From: Glycera tridactyla
Taxonomy: Eukaryota
NCBI GenBank assembly: GCA_965644265.1
Contig: OZ286460.1
Location: forward strand, 86,614,001 to 86,678,000
Length of the DNA stretch: 64,000 nt
Direction: 5' to 3'
Shown here piece by piece: positions 62,001 to 64,000 of this stretch; within the stretch, counting starts at the first letter, position 1, and the number at the start of each line of letters is the position of its first letter. The translations under genes and the position numbers were made by a program. A model generated the notes under the pieces. The model worked only from the letters and a program-made list of their open reading frames with translations, made no database searches and had not been told where the DNA came from.

Positions 62001-64000
62001 ACTGAGAAACGAATCTTTGCTCTCCACGGTCATGGAAGTGCTTCAAGTGATCCAACTAATACTGTCAAATCCCGCCTATCCAATCAGGCAACCAGCCTGC
62101 CAGCCAAGGAAGATGCATATGATATGCACCTCGTTTCGCAAAGGAGATGTGTCTTGGCTCTTTGTACAGTTTAATCTGTGAGGTTGAAACCTGAGATCTG
62201 AAGGGAGATCTCTCACTCATAAATTAGCAATTGCTGACTTGCCAACCATCCGCTGTGAATTTTCCTCATTCTCACCACTGATCATGATCATATACAACCT
62301 TTGACTCCCTCCGTGAATTTGAATGTAGTGTTTCACAGTCTGGTATCCTCACCAGGTTCAGCCAATTACATTCCTTGGCAATCACATTCGCAAGCCTGCT
62401 GAACATGAGCCTTTCCCGGTGACATCAACTGCCTATAGGCATTCATCTACCTTCACACTGGTTGGATCTGGTTCAACGTCACATCAGCGCCATATGGGCT
62501 ATAGTGTGACGCCCATGCAATAGACATGGTGGGATCATTCAAGACTCCTCCTCCAGGTTCCCTAACGGAAGGTGAAAATCTATGAACTTCCCTGATACCC
62601 ATTTCTGTTATTAGCTTTCATGGATCTATGTAATAAGTGTAGTCCCTCAATAGTGAACCTTGTCCTTTTGGTCACTCGCCATTGTGAACAATATTGTTCG
62701 GTTGAAAACTGGAGTGACTCCACCTAACTCCCCTGCCCTCATCCACATGCTCTGAAGTGTAGCTCAGTCTAAAATTCACTTCCTAGTCAATCCCCAGAGA
62801 CAAATGGTTGGATACCCTTGGTTTCAGGTGGCCTGACACCACACGCATTTCTACTTTCTGTAGCAAATAAGGATGTGGACATCTGCTCGAAAGGGAGCTG
62901 ATAAGCAGCTGGCCAATAATCAATAGTCATAATTAGATGGTTGATTGATAAACTGAGACCGAGACCCTATACGCAACATCAAAATAGATATTTGGTATAA
63001 TATTTCATCATTTACTGTCTCCTCATCCAGTCACACCTGTGGTGGAACAAAATGGCTGAAGGCATGATCTTGACCCTGAATTACCATATAGACTTTTCAG
63101 GTTCTGCAATATTGGTCAGTTCCTGACTTCATAACATAATATATGACACCGCCCACCTGAGTCATCAAGTGAATCACCCACATAAAGGCGAGGTGTTTAT
63201 TCGCGTCATTAGGAAGTACAGATGGTCCCCGCATGACGTCACCCCGTCCCCGTGGGGTGCCATATTGTGAGTCAAGCCTATTGCGTGCAAGACAGTCATC
63301 TGTATCAATAAACAATGTATCTGCAGGAAAATAGAGGTACCTCCTGGGGAGATCTATGAGATACCGCAGGACAAAATCAGATCACCACAGCCAGACATTT
63401 GTCAATAGCCACCTCCCCATGATAGTCCAGGAAGTGATCTTGATCTCCTGGGAGATGTGCAACCTGTTCTCTTTTGTCCGGAAGTTCTTTTGTCAGGAAG
63501 TTAGTGTCCATTTGATCACCTTATAGTCAACGTGTGTGGATTGAATTTGATGATATGTCCTTGAAAATTTTACTTGTAGGACCTGAGTTATACAATTCCA
63601 AGGGCAAGATTGAGTTGGCAACCATTGAAATAGGTAAGGAGAAAGTCTTGTTTCCAACTTGCTCAAAATATATGATGGATGTATTTGGAAGTATTTAAAT
63701 TGAGATATGGTGTAGAGAAGATCCTTGTCAATCCAACAGCATTTCTCTCATGAAAAACGAAAGAAAGCCACATCTTGTTTCTGGGGAGAATTCACCTGAA
63801 AGTTTAGATTATTTATGACATGGCTTCTCTTCACGGAGAGGTTTTTGGGATATAATTTTCGAAACTTATCCCATGAGGAGCATTAACTTTAAGATGTTCT
63901 TGAAATCTATTCTTATATTTTGGCCAGAGGACAGACTAACATAATGGGTTAGCTGAGATGGGCTGATTTTGAACAGTACTGAAGACCTATTATGCGAAAA

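Noticed and set aside
62050-62850. Fragments resembling histone H3 (DLRFQ) or an integrase-like C-terminus
   Set aside because: Matches are a few residues long, on inconsistent strands and interrupted by many stops.
63150-63330. Possible minus-strand exon (acceptor TTTTCCTGCAG); one frame gives VLHAIGLTHNMAPHGDG, vaguely like a metalloprotease zinc motif
   Set aside because: The HExxHxxGxxH spacing and catalytic Glu are not met, and there are no supporting neighbouring exons.

Overview
AT-rich animal genomic DNA, probably intergenic or deep intronic, with three N gaps. The repeat content suggests a lophotrochozoan such as a mollusc (inference). I could not support any intact host gene, rRNA, tRNA or CRISPR array. 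Main components: (1) Two diverged DIRS1-type tyrosine-recombinase retrotransposons pointing away from each other. One is a 5'-truncated copy on the minus strand (~17.9-21.4 kb). The other is a structurally complete but mutated 6.8-kb copy on the plus strand (41545-48316) with both ITRs, the ICR, gag, RT/RNaseH/MT and YR. (2) A ~10-kb satellite (28.4-38.5 kb) of a 47-bp monomer, reorganised into eight higher-order units that each carry the same 480-bp retroposon-tail-like insert. (3) Further 21-, 33- and 75-bp minisatellites. (4) TA-flanked Tc1/pogo-like MITEs and a 1.8-kb TIR element in AT repeats. (5) CR1/L2-like LINE relics and SINE fragments. Less obvious signals, read by hand: two convergent intronless fossil ORFs at 13.7-16.75 kb whose stops are mostly TGA (candidate endogenous viral or transposon relic, unidentified), and two hammerhead-ribozyme-like motifs at 22.7 and 23.2 kb. 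I see no firm evidence for a new biological system; these two signals are the best leads. All coordinates and counts were obtained by eye and may be off by a few bases.
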